From Rubripirellula sp. (lineage in GTDB: Bacteria > Planctomycetota > Planctomycetia > Pirellulales > Pirellulaceae): 64,000 nucleotides of DNA. Made by a program: the position numbers and the translations under genes. The notes under the pieces are model-generated. The model was not told the origin of the DNA, did not search any database, and saw nothing but the letters and a program-made list of their open reading frames with translations. This document shows, piece after piece, positions 47,125-56,815 of this stretch (the stretch's first letter is position 1; each line of letters begins with the position of its first letter). The stretch is from NCBI GenBank assembly GCA_965216875.1, contig OZ244207.1:768001-832000 (forward strand), in the 5' to 3' direction.

Positions 47125-48369
47125 CTAAATCGTCAAGTTCGCACCGACATGAATACGCGATAGACCGGCGCGCCCGACGCGCCGAATCGCGAGCACAAAT
47201 GCAGCGGTCCGCATGTCGACATCGTGTTGGTTCGCCGTTTCACGCACCGCTTGATAGGCCCGCGACATCTTCTTGTCCAGTTCCTGGTTGACGCGTTCTT
47301 CGTCCCAGCTGAACTGCTGGATGTTCTGAGCCCATTCGAAATAACTGACGGTCACCCCGCCGGCGTTGGCAAGAATGTCGGGCACAACCAGGACGCCGCG
47401 GTCAACCAGGATTTGATGAGCATCCGGTGTCGTCGGTGCATTTGCGCCCTCGACAATGATGCTCGCTTTCACACCATCGGCATTGCTTTCGTCGATCGCA
47501 TCCTCCAGTGCAGCAGGAACCAAAACGTCGGCGTCCCAAGTGATGATCTCGGGGCCATCGAAAGCGTCACCGTTTGGGAACCCCTTCACGCCGCCGTTTT
47601 CAGCCGTCCATTGAATCAGTGCTGGGATATCGAGCCCCGCTTCTCGCGCGACTCCGCCGGTGTGGTCGGCGACCGCAACGATCGTCGCCCCGCGTTCGGC
47701 GATCAGTCTTGCAGCATGGCTGCCCACGTTTCCAAAACCTTGAACGGCGACGGTCACTTCGTCGAACGTCTTGCTTTTTTCGCGCAACGCCTCGGCGAGT
47801 GCATCCATCACGCCGCGTCCGGTAGCCGCGTTGCGTCCTTCCGATCCAAACAGGTCGAGCGGTTTGCCAGTGACCACGCCTGGCGAAAAGCCTGCGTACT
47901 TCGAATACTCGTGCATGATCCAGCCCATCACCTTGGAGTTGGTGTTGACATCGGGGGCCGGAATGTCGGTCATCGGTCCGATCACTTCCTTCATATGCTC
48001 GACAAACTGGACCGTCACCTTGTAGAGGTCACCTTCGGAAAGCGTCTTAGGGTCGCAATTGATTCCGCCCTTGGCTCCACCAAACGGGACATCGACGACA
48101 GCCGTTTTCCAGGTCATCAAGTTTGCCAGAGCACCCGCGTGATCCTCGTCCATCGCAGGATGAAAGCGAAGCCCACCTTTCATCGGACCGCGCGCCATGT
48201 TGTGCTGGACACGATAGCCCTCGAAGGCATGCAATTGCCCGTCATCACCTTCGATCGCGATTCCCACTTTCACCGTGCGATGGGGCGTCAAGAGAATCGT
48301 GCGAACCTTATCCGACAGTCGTAGAACATCGGCGGCCTTGTGGAAGTAGAGATGACTTGCAGCGAGCAT
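47125..48369 (-). CDS. gdhA: Glutamate dehydrogenase (Glu/Leu/Phe/Val family)
   Basis: RGPMKGGLR, MTWK, GGAKGG, PAPDV, QGFGNVG, EGAN, NAGGV. Confidence 0.93.
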   Translation of the reverse strand: MLAASHLYFHKAADVLRLSDKVRTILLTPHRTVKVGIAIEGDDGQLHAFEGYRVQHNMARGPMKGGLRFHPAMDEDHAGALANLMTWKTAVVDVPFGGAKGGINCDPKTLSEGDLYKVTVQFVEHMKEVIGPMTDIPAPDVNTNSKVMGWIMHEYSKYAGFSPGVVTGKPLDLFGSEGRNAATGRGVMDALAEALREKSKTFDEVTVAVQGFGNVGSHAARLIAERGATIVAVADHTGGVAREAGLDIPALIQWTAENGGVKGFPNGDAFDGPEIITWDADVLVPAALEDAIDESNADGVKASIIVEGANAPTTPDAHQILVDRGVLVVPDILANAGGVTVSYFEWAQNIQQFSWDEERVNQELDKKMSRAYQAVRETANQHDVDMRTAAFVLAIRRVGRAGLSRIHVGANLTI

Positions 48370-48428
48370 GGTTTCCTCGGGGGGCGAACGTGGAGCGAAT
48401 CAACAGAGTAGCAGATTCGCTTCGCGCG

Positions 48429-48484
48429 TTGGTTTCGCAATGCTCGGGCGCTTGTTTTGGTTTCGCAATGCTCGGGCGCTTGTT
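48429..48484 (+). repeat. Exact 28-bp tandem duplication
   Basis: TTGGTTTCGCAATGCTCGGGCGCTTGTT at 48429 and 48457. Confidence 0.9.
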
Positions 48485-49282
48485 TTAGAAGACGCCCAGG
48501 ATCCAGCCTTCAAGACTGGCGAGCGCGCGCTGTTCTGAGTTGAGGGGTGGATCGAAATAGCGGGCGAGGATGTGTTGCCGATCTGATTCCGACAACCATC
48601 TTGAAACACTGTACGCATCCTGTTGGTCACAGAATCGCTGCTCTCGCTCATAGCGGTTCCGAAAGACCGACGGATAGACCTCGGCAATCACCGATTTGTC
48701 ATCGGGGAATGTCCATCCATCAAAGGGCCAAAAATGGAGACGGTCACCATTTTCGTGTTTCAGTTTTTGAAGCCACGGGATTCCGGCATGCGTCGATTTC
48801 GCGACGCTACCCTGGACGTCAAATTGAAACACTGATTTGGCCGAACTCGTCCAGCGTTCGGTCAATCGGAATTCAGAGTTTGTGCCGGACCGATAGGAAG
48901 CAGGACCGCCGGCTTGCAGACGCAACGCTTCGATTTCGATATCATCGAGATGCGCCGGCCAGTGCTTTACGAAATCGTCAAGGAAGTGTTGCCACGAGGT
49001 TATGCCGTGCCTTTGGAAATAAGTGATCGGAAACGAAAAGCCATGGTCAATTCCAGCGACAAATCGTTTGCCATCGTTCAATTGACTGGTTAGCCATTGG
49101 GCGATTTCTTTGCGACACCAGTTTCGTCTCGCCGAGACAGATGTAGCCGGTTTGACAAGCAGTGGATCGCCCATCCCATCGCACGCGTAGACCTGAAGCG
49201 TGCGGCTTCGAGACAAGGGGGTTTTTGCTCCCGAGTAGTCGATGCCTATGTAGCGATCAGAGATCGTTGTGGATGTGATCAC
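48485..49282 (-). CDS. DUF429-like predicted RNase H-fold nuclease
   Basis: YIGIDYSG, GIDHGFSFP, AEVYPS, DQQDA, EGWILG motifs. Confidence 0.72.
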   Translation of the reverse strand: MITSTTISDRYIGIDYSGAKTPLSRSRTLQVYACDGMGDPLLVKPATSVSARRNWCRKEIAQWLTSQLNDGKRFVAGIDHGFSFPITYFQRHGITSWQHFLDDFVKHWPAHLDDIEIEALRLQAGGPASYRSGTNSEFRLTERWTSSAKSVFQFDVQGSVAKSTHAGIPWLQKLKHENGDRLHFWPFDGWTFPDDKSVIAEVYPSVFRNRYEREQRFCDQQDAYSVSRWLSESDRQHILARYFDPPLNSEQRALASLEGWILGVF

Positions 49283-49309
49283 TTGCGCAAGAATCTAAGA
49301 GGGGGATTG

Positions 49310-51766
49310 TTAAAACATTAGCATTTGCGTCTGGTTTGCCGCGTCATGAGGTACCGTGCTGGCAAGTTTGCCGAGCACGCGTCCAGCTAAAGCGACGCCA
49401 CTTGAGAAGGCATCCTCGACGCGATCGCCCCCGCACCAATCACCGCAAGCTCCAAGCATCAACTCATCATCAAGCAAACACTTGGCATCGATTGGCGTGT
49501 TGGGGATTGCATATCGCCAGCGATGCGTTTGGATGTATCGCGATTGAAGAGACTCGCATCCGACGAGACGACAAAACTCATCCATCAAATCCCGCTGAAC
49601 CGAATTTGGTGAATCCTCGACATGACGTTGAGACCATTCGTGTGTCGCATGTACGACCCAATTGTCGACGACGCCGATTCGGCCGGGCTTGCTGTCGTTT
49701 TTCGCAATCCATCCGATCGGAGATTGTTCGACGAACGCGCCGTCGAATTCAGCCTCGAGCGACTTTTCAAGCGACAGCATCATCGCCCAACAGGGTGACA
49801 TTTCTGCCATGCGGGCTTGGGCGGCGAGGTGAATGGCGCCCGACAAAAGCGACTTGGCTTGATTCGCTGGCGTCGCAATCAAGGCCACATCGAACTCTCC
49901 CAAGGGATTCTCATCAGCGTCCGTTAACGCCCAGCGATTGCCGTTGCGAACGGGTGGAGAAACTCTTATTTCAAGCCGAACGTCAAGATCGGTCGCGAGG
50001 TGTTTGCCGAGTGCATTCATTCCCGGAACCGCAACAAATCGCTGCCGCTGGGACATTCTTGCTTGAGTCCCACGATCCCCGATCGTGACGATACGTCCAG
50101 TCCAGGGGGCAACGATTCCATCGTCGACCCAAGATTGAACATGGCGTTTGAATAGGTCACTTCTCGCGGTAAAAAACTGAGCACCGTGATCGAAAAGCAA
50201 GTCATTGTCCGCCAGGCGTGTTGCCATTCGGCCACCAAACCCGCGGCTTTTTTCAAAGACTGTTACCTGACAACCCTGGTCCGCAAGTGTCCGGCCGCAG
50301 ATCAGCCCCGAGATTCCCGCACCAATGATTGCTACTTTCGGAGCAGACCGCCAAAGACAGCGTGTCGCTTTGCGTCGAAACACGCTCGGATCGAGTCGCT
50401 TTGCGTGTTGTTGTGTCGTTCGCGGACGCACCGTGCCAATGACAGGTTGCTCTGGGGTAAACGGACGGTCAAATTGGCCGAGGCACCACAAGATACCGCC
50501 ATAAGAGGCTGGGTCGCTTCCGTCGAGCGCGTAACGATGATTCAAGTCGATCAATCGATCCAACGCATCCGCTGCATTCGCCGTCCATTGCAAGACTGAC
50601 TTACCCCACGTCATTCGGACATTGTTGTGAAGTTCACCATGAATCAGGAGTGAACGTTGAGCCGAATCCCATAGCGAATCGCCGGTTCGCCCTCGAGCCA
50701 TCGTTTCCCACGAATGCAATTCCCTTTCGTCGCGTTCGTGTTCTTTTAGCGTCGCCTGGGCCCATGTGGGGATCGCCGAGATCGTTTCGTGGTCCCGACG
50801 AAAATGACAGAAGACGTACGCTAGCTCCCGCCAAATCAATAGTTCGTCAAGGAATTTCTCGGCCCCGCGATGATCGAACGCAGAAGCTTCGCGTGCGATT
50901 CGCATCGGTGCGACCATCCCATAGTGAAGGTAAGGCGAAAGCCGGCTGACACCATCGATCAAAGGGTCGTTGCGTCGCCGATCGTAGGTTGAAAGCCCAT
51001 TTTCCTTGAATTGGTTCCACCGCTTGTACCCCGCAATGAACCCTCCGACGGTGTGCGGTATTGGCCCAATCGAATGATCAATCTCACATTGACTGACTAA
51101 GTCAGCGATGTCGCAGTTTTGAAGATCGACACAATCAAAGGGGACGTCGATCGACCGCTGAAGCAATTGATCGAGTCTCCGGCATGTCGGTTCTCGCTTC
51201 ACCCGATCTGCGAACATCTTTGTTGTTGCGTTGCGAAAAGCGAATGCTCGGTCATAGCTATCGCCAACCAATTGCATGGGCACGATGCATGCGGTGTCGA
51301 CCGCCAACAAGCTGCAGGGCAAATCTCGTTCTAGCTCGATCGTGGATGATCGCATCGGTTCGGTTGGCATGTCCTCGGTGATGACAACCGCGGCACGCCG
51401 AGCAAGCGTCTTGAGGTGAGAGCCCCGATTTCCGGCGCGCTCGACATGCAGCAGGTAGTTGACATGCTTTCGAGCAAATTCACTCTGAACGTCGCGAGCG
51501 CCCTGCAAGATAAACGTATGGTGTCGATCAGAAGCGAACGGATAGCTGCTCGAGACCTCCTGGTAGACGACGACAGGAAGCTGCAAACGAGTTGCGCATT
51601 CGGCTGCAACGTCAAGAGCTTGGTTTTCCTCGGTCCGAATGGCCGACCGCATCCAATACAAGACAAACTCGCCAAGTGGGTTCACATCCGCTCTGCTGGC
51701 GGGTCGAATTCGTTCAACGAGATCAACCGGCAATGATTCGACCAGCTCTTCGCAATCCATGATCAC
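49310..51766 (-). CDS. Class II CPD photolyase-like domain fused to a renalase-like FAD-dependent oxidoreductase
   Basis: N-half: [57 protein letters not shown]-half: [37 protein letters not shown]. Start is GTG 51766 or ATG 51760. Confidence 0.9.
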   Translation of the reverse strand: MIMDCEELVESLPVDLVERIRPASRADVNPLGEFVLYWMRSAIRTEENQALDVAAECATRLQLPVVVYQEVSSSYPFASDRHHTFILQGARDVQSEFARKHVNYLLHVERAGNRGSHLKTLARRAAVVITEDMPTEPMRSSTIELERDLPCSLLAVDTACIVPMQLVGDSYDRAFAFRNATTKMFADRVKREPTCRRLDQLLQRSIDVPFDCVDLQNCDIADLVSQCEIDHSIGPIPHTVGGFIAGYKRWNQFKENGLSTYDRRRNDPLIDGVSRLSPYLHYGMVAPMRIAREASAFDHRGAEKFLDELLIWRELAYVFCHFRRDHETISAIPTWAQATLKEHERDERELHSWETMARGRTGDSLWDSAQRSLLIHGELHNNVRMTWGKSVLQWTANAADALDRLIDLNHRYALDGSDPASYGGILWCLGQFDRPFTPEQPVIGTVRPRTTQQHAKRLDPSVFRRKATRCLWRSAPKVAIIGAGISGLICGRTLADQGCQVTVFEKSRGFGGRMATRLADNDLLFDHGAQFFTARSDLFKRHVQSWVDDGIVAPWTGRIVTIGDRGTQARMSQRQRFVAVPGMNALGKHLATDLDVRLEIRVSPPVRNGNRWALTDADENPLGEFDVALIATPANQAKSLLSGAIHLAAQARMAEMSPCWAMMLSLEKSLEAEFDGAFVEQSPIGWIAKNDSKPGRIGVVDNWVVHATHEWSQRHVEDSPNSVQRDLMDEFCRLVGCESLQSRYIQTHRWRYAIPNTPIDAKCLLDDELMLGACGDWCGGDRVEDAFSSGVALAGRVLGKLASTVPHDAANQTQMLMF

Positions 51767-51927
51767 TCCGGCGATTGAGAGGGCTTTCGTGGCCTATTTC
51801 GGCGACAACGCTGGCTACAGTACCGCACCTCGTGCCAACAGTTCTTCCACTTTTTCCGCCACGAAAACGGCCTGCCGCACACGATGCAGATCTTCGACAG
51901 AGTGTCGTGTTTTCCGGACTTTGGCAT
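51763..51927 (-). CDS. DUF2256 small zinc-binding protein
   Basis: [30 protein letters not shown]; its stop overlaps the photolyase start. Confidence 0.9.
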   Translation of the reverse strand: MPKSGKHDTLSKICIVCGRPFSWRKKWKNCWHEVRYCSQRCRRNRPRKPSQSPE

Positions 51928-52147
51928 GAACGAGAAGGAGATAGGTGAGAAGACTTGGGTCGCTCGGCACATCGAACTCACAATTTGATCGCCCTCTCGT
52001 CGGAGTGTGCGGCGTGAATATCGAGACCTGTCTTACGTTAGTCCCCTGGCAAGCTCAGCCGAAATGGCGGAAAAGATGCGTCGTTCGCCCTTTCCATCGC
52101 AGCCGAATTGTCATCTCAAAGACGTTGATCTCAGAGGAGCAAAACCG

Positions 52148-52846
52148 ATGATCGATATTCGACGGGCCGATGATCGAGGTCACGCCGACCACGGTTGGCT
52201 GAACTCCTACCACACGTTTTCTTTTGGCGAATACCATGATCCGCGGCACATGCACTTTCGCAAGCTGCGGGTGATGAACGAAGACCGCGTTGCGCCCGGC
52301 CAGGGATTTGGCACTCACGGACATCGTGATATGGAAATCGTTTCGTACGTCCTTGAGGGTGCGCTCGAGCACAAAGACTCGATGGGCAACGGCGAAGTCT
52401 TGAAGCCCGGTGAGTTTCAACGCATTACTGCCGGGACGGGAATCACGCACAGCGAATTCAACCCGTCCGAGACCGATCCGACGCACTTCTACCAAATTTG
52501 GCTCTTTCCCGAACGAAAAGGGATTGAGCCAAGCTACGAGCAGAAGTCGTTCGATGAAACGGGGCGAATCAACCAATGGCAACTCGTCGCCTCGCGAGAT
52601 GGAGACGATGGGTCGCTCGTCATTCATCAGGACGCCAAGATCTACTTGGCAAACGTGAAGGCGGGTCAGGACCTCCGATTTCAACCTGCGTCCGGTCGTT
52701 ACGCATGGTTACAGGTCCTCCGCGGTAACGTGAGCCTAGCGGGCAACTCGCTGCAAGCCGGCGACGGAGCCGCCGTCAGCGAGGAGCCGGAAATCGTGGT
52801 TTCTTCCAGTCGCGACGCCGAATTGATGCTGTTCGACCTGGCGTGA
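52148..52846 (+). CDS. Pirin family protein (YhhW-like)
   Basis: GAGGAG RBS; RGHADHGWL.SYHTFSF, GFGTHGHRDMEI, AGTGITHSE, QIW. Confidence 0.93.
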   Translation: MIDIRRADDRGHADHGWLNSYHTFSFGEYHDPRHMHFRKLRVMNEDRVAPGQGFGTHGHRDMEIVSYVLEGALEHKDSMGNGEVLKPGEFQRITAGTGITHSEFNPSETDPTHFYQIWLFPERKGIEPSYEQKSFDETGRINQWQLVASRDGDDGSLVIHQDAKIYLANVKAGQDLRFQPASGRYAWLQVLRGNVSLAGNSLQAGDGAAVSEEPEIVVSSSRDAELMLFDLA

Positions 52847-52958
52847 TCGGGGCTGGATGCAATTCGAATGGATTGAGGGTTGACCTCTTGGAATACTTCA
52901 CTGCCCCAAGCATTTGCCGCAGGAGCGGCGAATCCCACCACCACGAGGGAGCAGGAAT

Positions 52959-53168
52959 ATGAAACCAAGCCCACCCATCAAAAAGCCAATCGACTGTCCG
53001 AACATGCAAGGCGTCGTCAAGTTGCTACGTCTGACGCAGCGTTACCGAAGTTTGGCAAAAAAGGCCGTCGACGAAACGCTGCCTCCCAATAGTGATCGTT
53101 CCGTATTGGTTTCGTTGATCGGTTCAGACGCATGTCTCGACCGAAATGCGGTTCGTCTTTCCGCCTAG
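52959..53168 (+). CDS. Possible small protein (69 aa)
   Basis: AGGA just upstream of the ATG and it fills an intergenic gap; no recognisable motif. Confidence 0.25.
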   Translation: MKPSPPIKKPIDCPNMQGVVKLLRLTQRYRSLAKKAVDETLPPNSDRSVLVSLIGSDACLDRNAVRLSA

Positions 53169-53197
53169 GTCTGCGGTTCTATTTGCGGCGTCCGTTT

Positions 53198-53914
53198 CTA
53201 AGCTCGAATCGTCGACAAGCCGCCGTCCACTCGCACCACCTGTCCCGTCATCCAAGCAGAGCGGTCGCTGATTAAGAATTCTGCCATGGAGGCGATGTCG
53301 TCGATCGTGCCTATCCTTTTGAGCGGATGACGTTCGGCCATCGCCGCTCGCTTTTGATCGCTGGAAAGAAGGGAAGCGGCTAAAGGCGTGTCGGTAAGCG
53401 AAGGGGCAACGCAATTGACACGAATGTTGGGCGCAAGCTCCGCGGCGAGGGATCTCGTCAATGCCTCGATCGCTCCTTTCGACGCGGCAATGCTCGCATG
53501 CATCGGAAGCCCCTGGGAAGCTGCCACCGTGCTGAACAAAACGATGGCCGGTGGTGCGGTCATCGCGGAGGCCGCTTTCATCGCAGGTAGCGCTGCTTGC
53601 AGGCACCTGATGGCACCAACTACGTTCAGCTCGAAGTCGTTGATCATCTTGTCTGGTTTGATTCCGCGCAGGGGACCGAGGTTGATGGAACCAGGGCAGT
53701 AGGCGAGACCGTCGATCACCGACGGCAACATGTCGGGTGTGATTTCATCTGCGGTCACATCTGCTTTGATGTGAGTGACACCTGGCATCGTGTCGACATC
53801 GCCGGCGTGGCGTGAGATGACGGTTGTTTGGGCACCGGTCGATGTCAGTCGCTTGACCAAGCCGAATCCGATCCCACGGCTTCCGCCAACGACGACATAG
53901 GATGAGTTTTTCAT
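53198..53914 (-). CDS. SDR family oxidoreductase (atypical, catalytic Tyr apparently absent)
   Basis: GGSRGIG, FSTVA, SIAASK in place of YxxxK, RVNCVAP, VDGG. Confidence 0.9.
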   Translation of the reverse strand: MKNSSYVVVGGSRGIGFGLVKRLTSTGAQTTVISRHAGDVDTMPGVTHIKADVTADEITPDMLPSVIDGLAYCPGSINLGPLRGIKPDKMINDFELNVVGAIRCLQAALPAMKAASAMTAPPAIVLFSTVAASQGLPMHASIAASKGAIEALTRSLAAELAPNIRVNCVAPSLTDTPLAASLLSSDQKRAAMAERHPLKRIGTIDDIASMAEFLISDRSAWMTGQVVRVDGGLSTIRA

Positions 53915-53917
53915 GTT

Positions 53918-55444
53918 CTAGAAAAGCCTTTGACTTTGATTTTGACTTGGGCGAGTCTTGCGACTCGATCTTTTGCGACTGCCATGTTTTTTGACGACGC
54001 GTTGGGCGTCGGCCTTCGCAGCCTCGTTTTTTCGGACCGCGTAAATCCGTTCACGAGCCGCTTTGTAGGCGACCGAGTGCTCGACGATCGGGGCTGGATA
54101 GTCGACGTCGATTCGACAGCCCGATTGGGACTGTTGGTCGAGTGACATCTTGTGGGGCTCGGCGAGGTGCTCTTCTGCCACACCACGTAACTCGGGAACA
54201 AACTTGCGAATGAATTCACCCGAAGGGTCTTGGTCCTTGACTTGTTTGATCGGCGAGTAGATCCGGACCGTGTTGATGCCCGTCGTCCCGGACTGCATTT
54301 GAAACTGCGAGAAATGAATCCCTGGTTCAAAGTCCAAGAAATGTTTGGAGAGGAATAGTGAGGTTGGTCGCCAATGCAACCAAAGATGGTAAGACGCGAA
54401 CGAAACGAGCATCGCTCGCATGCGGAAATTGATCCAACTGTGTTGATGCAGAGCTCGCATGCAGGCGTCGACCATTGGATAGCCCGTGCGACCGTGGCAC
54501 CAAGCGTCGAAACGATTCTGGTTAAACTCATCTTCGCGAAGGCCATCGTAGACGCGGCTCATGTTTTCGAACTCAAGCGAGGGCTCATCTTCAAGCTTCT
54601 GCATGAAGTGACAGTGCCAGCTCAGACGAGACTCGAAGGAACGCAGTGATTTGAGCCAACTGCCGATCGGCTCGCCCATGCCTCGAAGTTCTCGCAGTTC
54701 GCCCTGTCGTTGATGCAATTCATAAGCAACTCGTTTGACTGACAGGCAACCCCAGGCAAGGTACGTGCTCAATCGGCTGCAGGATTCGCCCGCCGTCACG
54801 GGACTCGACATTTCGCTGCTGTAGTTTTGCCCACGCTCATCGAGGAATGATTGGAGTGTTCTGTGTCCGGCCGCTTCCCCACCTCGCTGCAGCCCCGTTT
54901 TGCTGGTTGGAGCGATCCCTAGATCTTCTGCTTGCTGAATGCGAGCGGACTCGATCCCCGGCGGGTGCCTAATCCTCTTTGGCCGTGAAGCGATTGGCTC
55001 TTTCAAAAACTCGTTGCGCCGATTGGACCATCCATCACGAGTGTCCAGCTGGCGAATGACCCCGTTTTGCGGGATCTCGTGCCAAAGGATGCCACGCTCA
55101 TTTGCCCAATCGCTAACTCGACGATCGCGATCGTAGGTGATGCGATTTCCGGTTTCTTGGTGGCTCCAGATGGATTCAATCCGCTGTGAATCATTGAGCC
55201 TCGAAAGGACTTTGGTCATTTCGCCGACGCGCAAAGTCAACTCGCCGCCAAGATCGCTCAGTTGGCCTGCCAGCTCCTCGAGTGATTCGTTGATGAACTG
55301 CAGGTGAGAAGCATCGAATTCGTCGGATGTCAGAATCTCGGGCTCGTAGACATACAGGCACAGGCAAGACGCATGCTTGGACGCCATCTCAAGCGGTCGG
55401 TGATCATCGATCCGCAAATCACGCTTGAACCAAACGACATGCAT
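53918..55444 (-). CDS. Photolyase/cryptochrome family protein
   Basis: VVWFKRDLRIDD, SRLSTYLAWG, WHCHFMQKLE, GRTGYPMVDACMR, WINFRMRAML, DFEPGIH, DQDPSGEFI. Confidence 0.92.
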   Translation of the reverse strand: MHVVWFKRDLRIDDHRPLEMASKHASCLCLYVYEPEILTSDEFDASHLQFINESLEELAGQLSDLGGELTLRVGEMTKVLSRLNDSQRIESIWSHQETGNRITYDRDRRVSDWANERGILWHEIPQNGVIRQLDTRDGWSNRRNEFLKEPIASRPKRIRHPPGIESARIQQAEDLGIAPTSKTGLQRGGEAAGHRTLQSFLDERGQNYSSEMSSPVTAGESCSRLSTYLAWGCLSVKRVAYELHQRQGELRELRGMGEPIGSWLKSLRSFESRLSWHCHFMQKLEDEPSLEFENMSRVYDGLREDEFNQNRFDAWCHGRTGYPMVDACMRALHQHSWINFRMRAMLVSFASYHLWLHWRPTSLFLSKHFLDFEPGIHFSQFQMQSGTTGINTVRIYSPIKQVKDQDPSGEFIRKFVPELRGVAEEHLAEPHKMSLDQQSQSGCRIDVDYPAPIVEHSVAYKAARERIYAVRKNEAAKADAQRVVKKHGSRKRSSRKTRPSQNQSQRLF

Positions 55445-55593
55445 TCCACTTAGGCTCGTCTCGAGTAACCCGCTATACTTCTACAGGTTCCATTGTTAGC
55501 CCTAGGCAATGCCCTCTCGTTTAGGACTGGTCTTTCCTTTACGACAGAACCTTCTCAGTTAGCACTGGCCCATTTAGGACTGGCAACACTCAA

Positions 55594-56649
55594 ATGCGCC
55601 TTCGCGATCTCCACCGACCGATCGTCTCTTTGGTATTGTTTGCGATCGCCACAAATGTCATCGCCGACGAGCCCGGATCGGACCAAAACCCGACTGTGCT
55701 CGATCGGTTTGAGCAAGCTGACAAAGACGGTGACGGAAAACTGAGCCGAAAGGAATTGCCGCGTCCCATTCTCTTTCGGCGTCTCGATCGAAATGGGGAC
55801 GGCGTGATCACAAAGAATGAACTCCCCGATGATCTTGCGTCTCTGAAGCGTCCCAATGCCGCCTACACCTTCACCGGTGACCTCTCGTACGGTGAGCACT
55901 CGCTTCAAAAACTCGACCTCTACCGACCCAAGGGTGGCAAAGAAACGCCGGTGATGGTCTACGTGCACGGCGGTGGTTGGCGGAAAGGCGACAAAAAGAG
56001 CATCGGCGAGAAGGCTAAGTTCTTCTGCGGGCGAGGGTGGCTTTTGGTTAGCGTCAATTATCGATTGCTTCCCGATGGCAAGCATCCAAGCAACGTCAAC
56101 GATGTTGCAAAGGCAATCGCTTGGGTTCACGATCACGCCGAGGAGCATGGAGCCGATCCGAACAAGCTCTTTGTCATGGGGCATTCGGCTGGAGCGCATT
56201 TGGTCGCGCTGGCGAGTACGAACCCGGCACCGCTCGAGAAAGCTGGCAAGTCGTTGCAGATTGTCAAAGGAACGGTCGCTCTTGATACGAACGTTTATGA
56301 CTTGGTGAAACTTATGCGGCTGACATCCTCGACAACGTACCGTCAAGTTTTTGGGGATGACGAACAGCTTTGGACAGAGGCTTCGCCCGCCTTGCATGTG
56401 AAGCCAGGCCAGAATGTTCCGCCATTTCTAATCTGCTACAGTCGCGGCCTGCGCGCTCGCGTCAATCCGGAACGATCAAAGCAGGCCAATGGCTTCGCAA
56501 CCGTGCTTCGCAATGCCGGGGTAGATGCCAAGGTCGTTGATGCGAGTGATCGAAGTCATGGTGAGATCAACGCTTGGTTTGGAAAGGCCGACGACGAAAA
56601 AGTGACCGGTGCCGCCATCGCGTTTTTTGACGAGGTTCTCGGTCGCTAA
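55594..56649 (+). CDS. Exported EF-hand-containing alpha/beta hydrolase (esterase)
   Basis: Signal peptide, EF-hand loops DKDGDGKLS and DRNGDGVIT, HGGGW, GHSAG. Confidence 0.88.
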   Translation: MRLRDLHRPIVSLVLFAIATNVIADEPGSDQNPTVLDRFEQADKDGDGKLSRKELPRPILFRRLDRNGDGVITKNELPDDLASLKRPNAAYTFTGDLSYGEHSLQKLDLYRPKGGKETPVMVYVHGGGWRKGDKKSIGEKAKFFCGRGWLLVSVNYRLLPDGKHPSNVNDVAKAIAWVHDHAEEHGADPNKLFVMGHSAGAHLVALASTNPAPLEKAGKSLQIVKGTVALDTNVYDLVKLMRLTSSTTYRQVFGDDEQLWTEASPALHVKPGQNVPPFLICYSRGLRARVNPERSKQANGFATVLRNAGVDAKVVDASDRSHGEINAWFGKADDEKVTGAAIAFFDEVLGR

Positions 56650-56815
56650 CGCTGCATACACTCGTCACAGACGCGAAATTCTCTCTCGAGTCTGTTAATT
56701 CCAAGTCTGTCTTGCGGTTACCAAAGCTGTGGTCGGACGCGATCGACGCTCGCCTGGAGTCACTTGCGTCGTCGTTGCCGTTGCTGGTCGATCATTGGGG
56801 GCCGAATGGAGAAAG

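Noticed and set aside
47224..48324. 366-aa ORF antisense to gdhA
   Set aside because: A shadow frame of a GC-rich coding gene, with no motifs.
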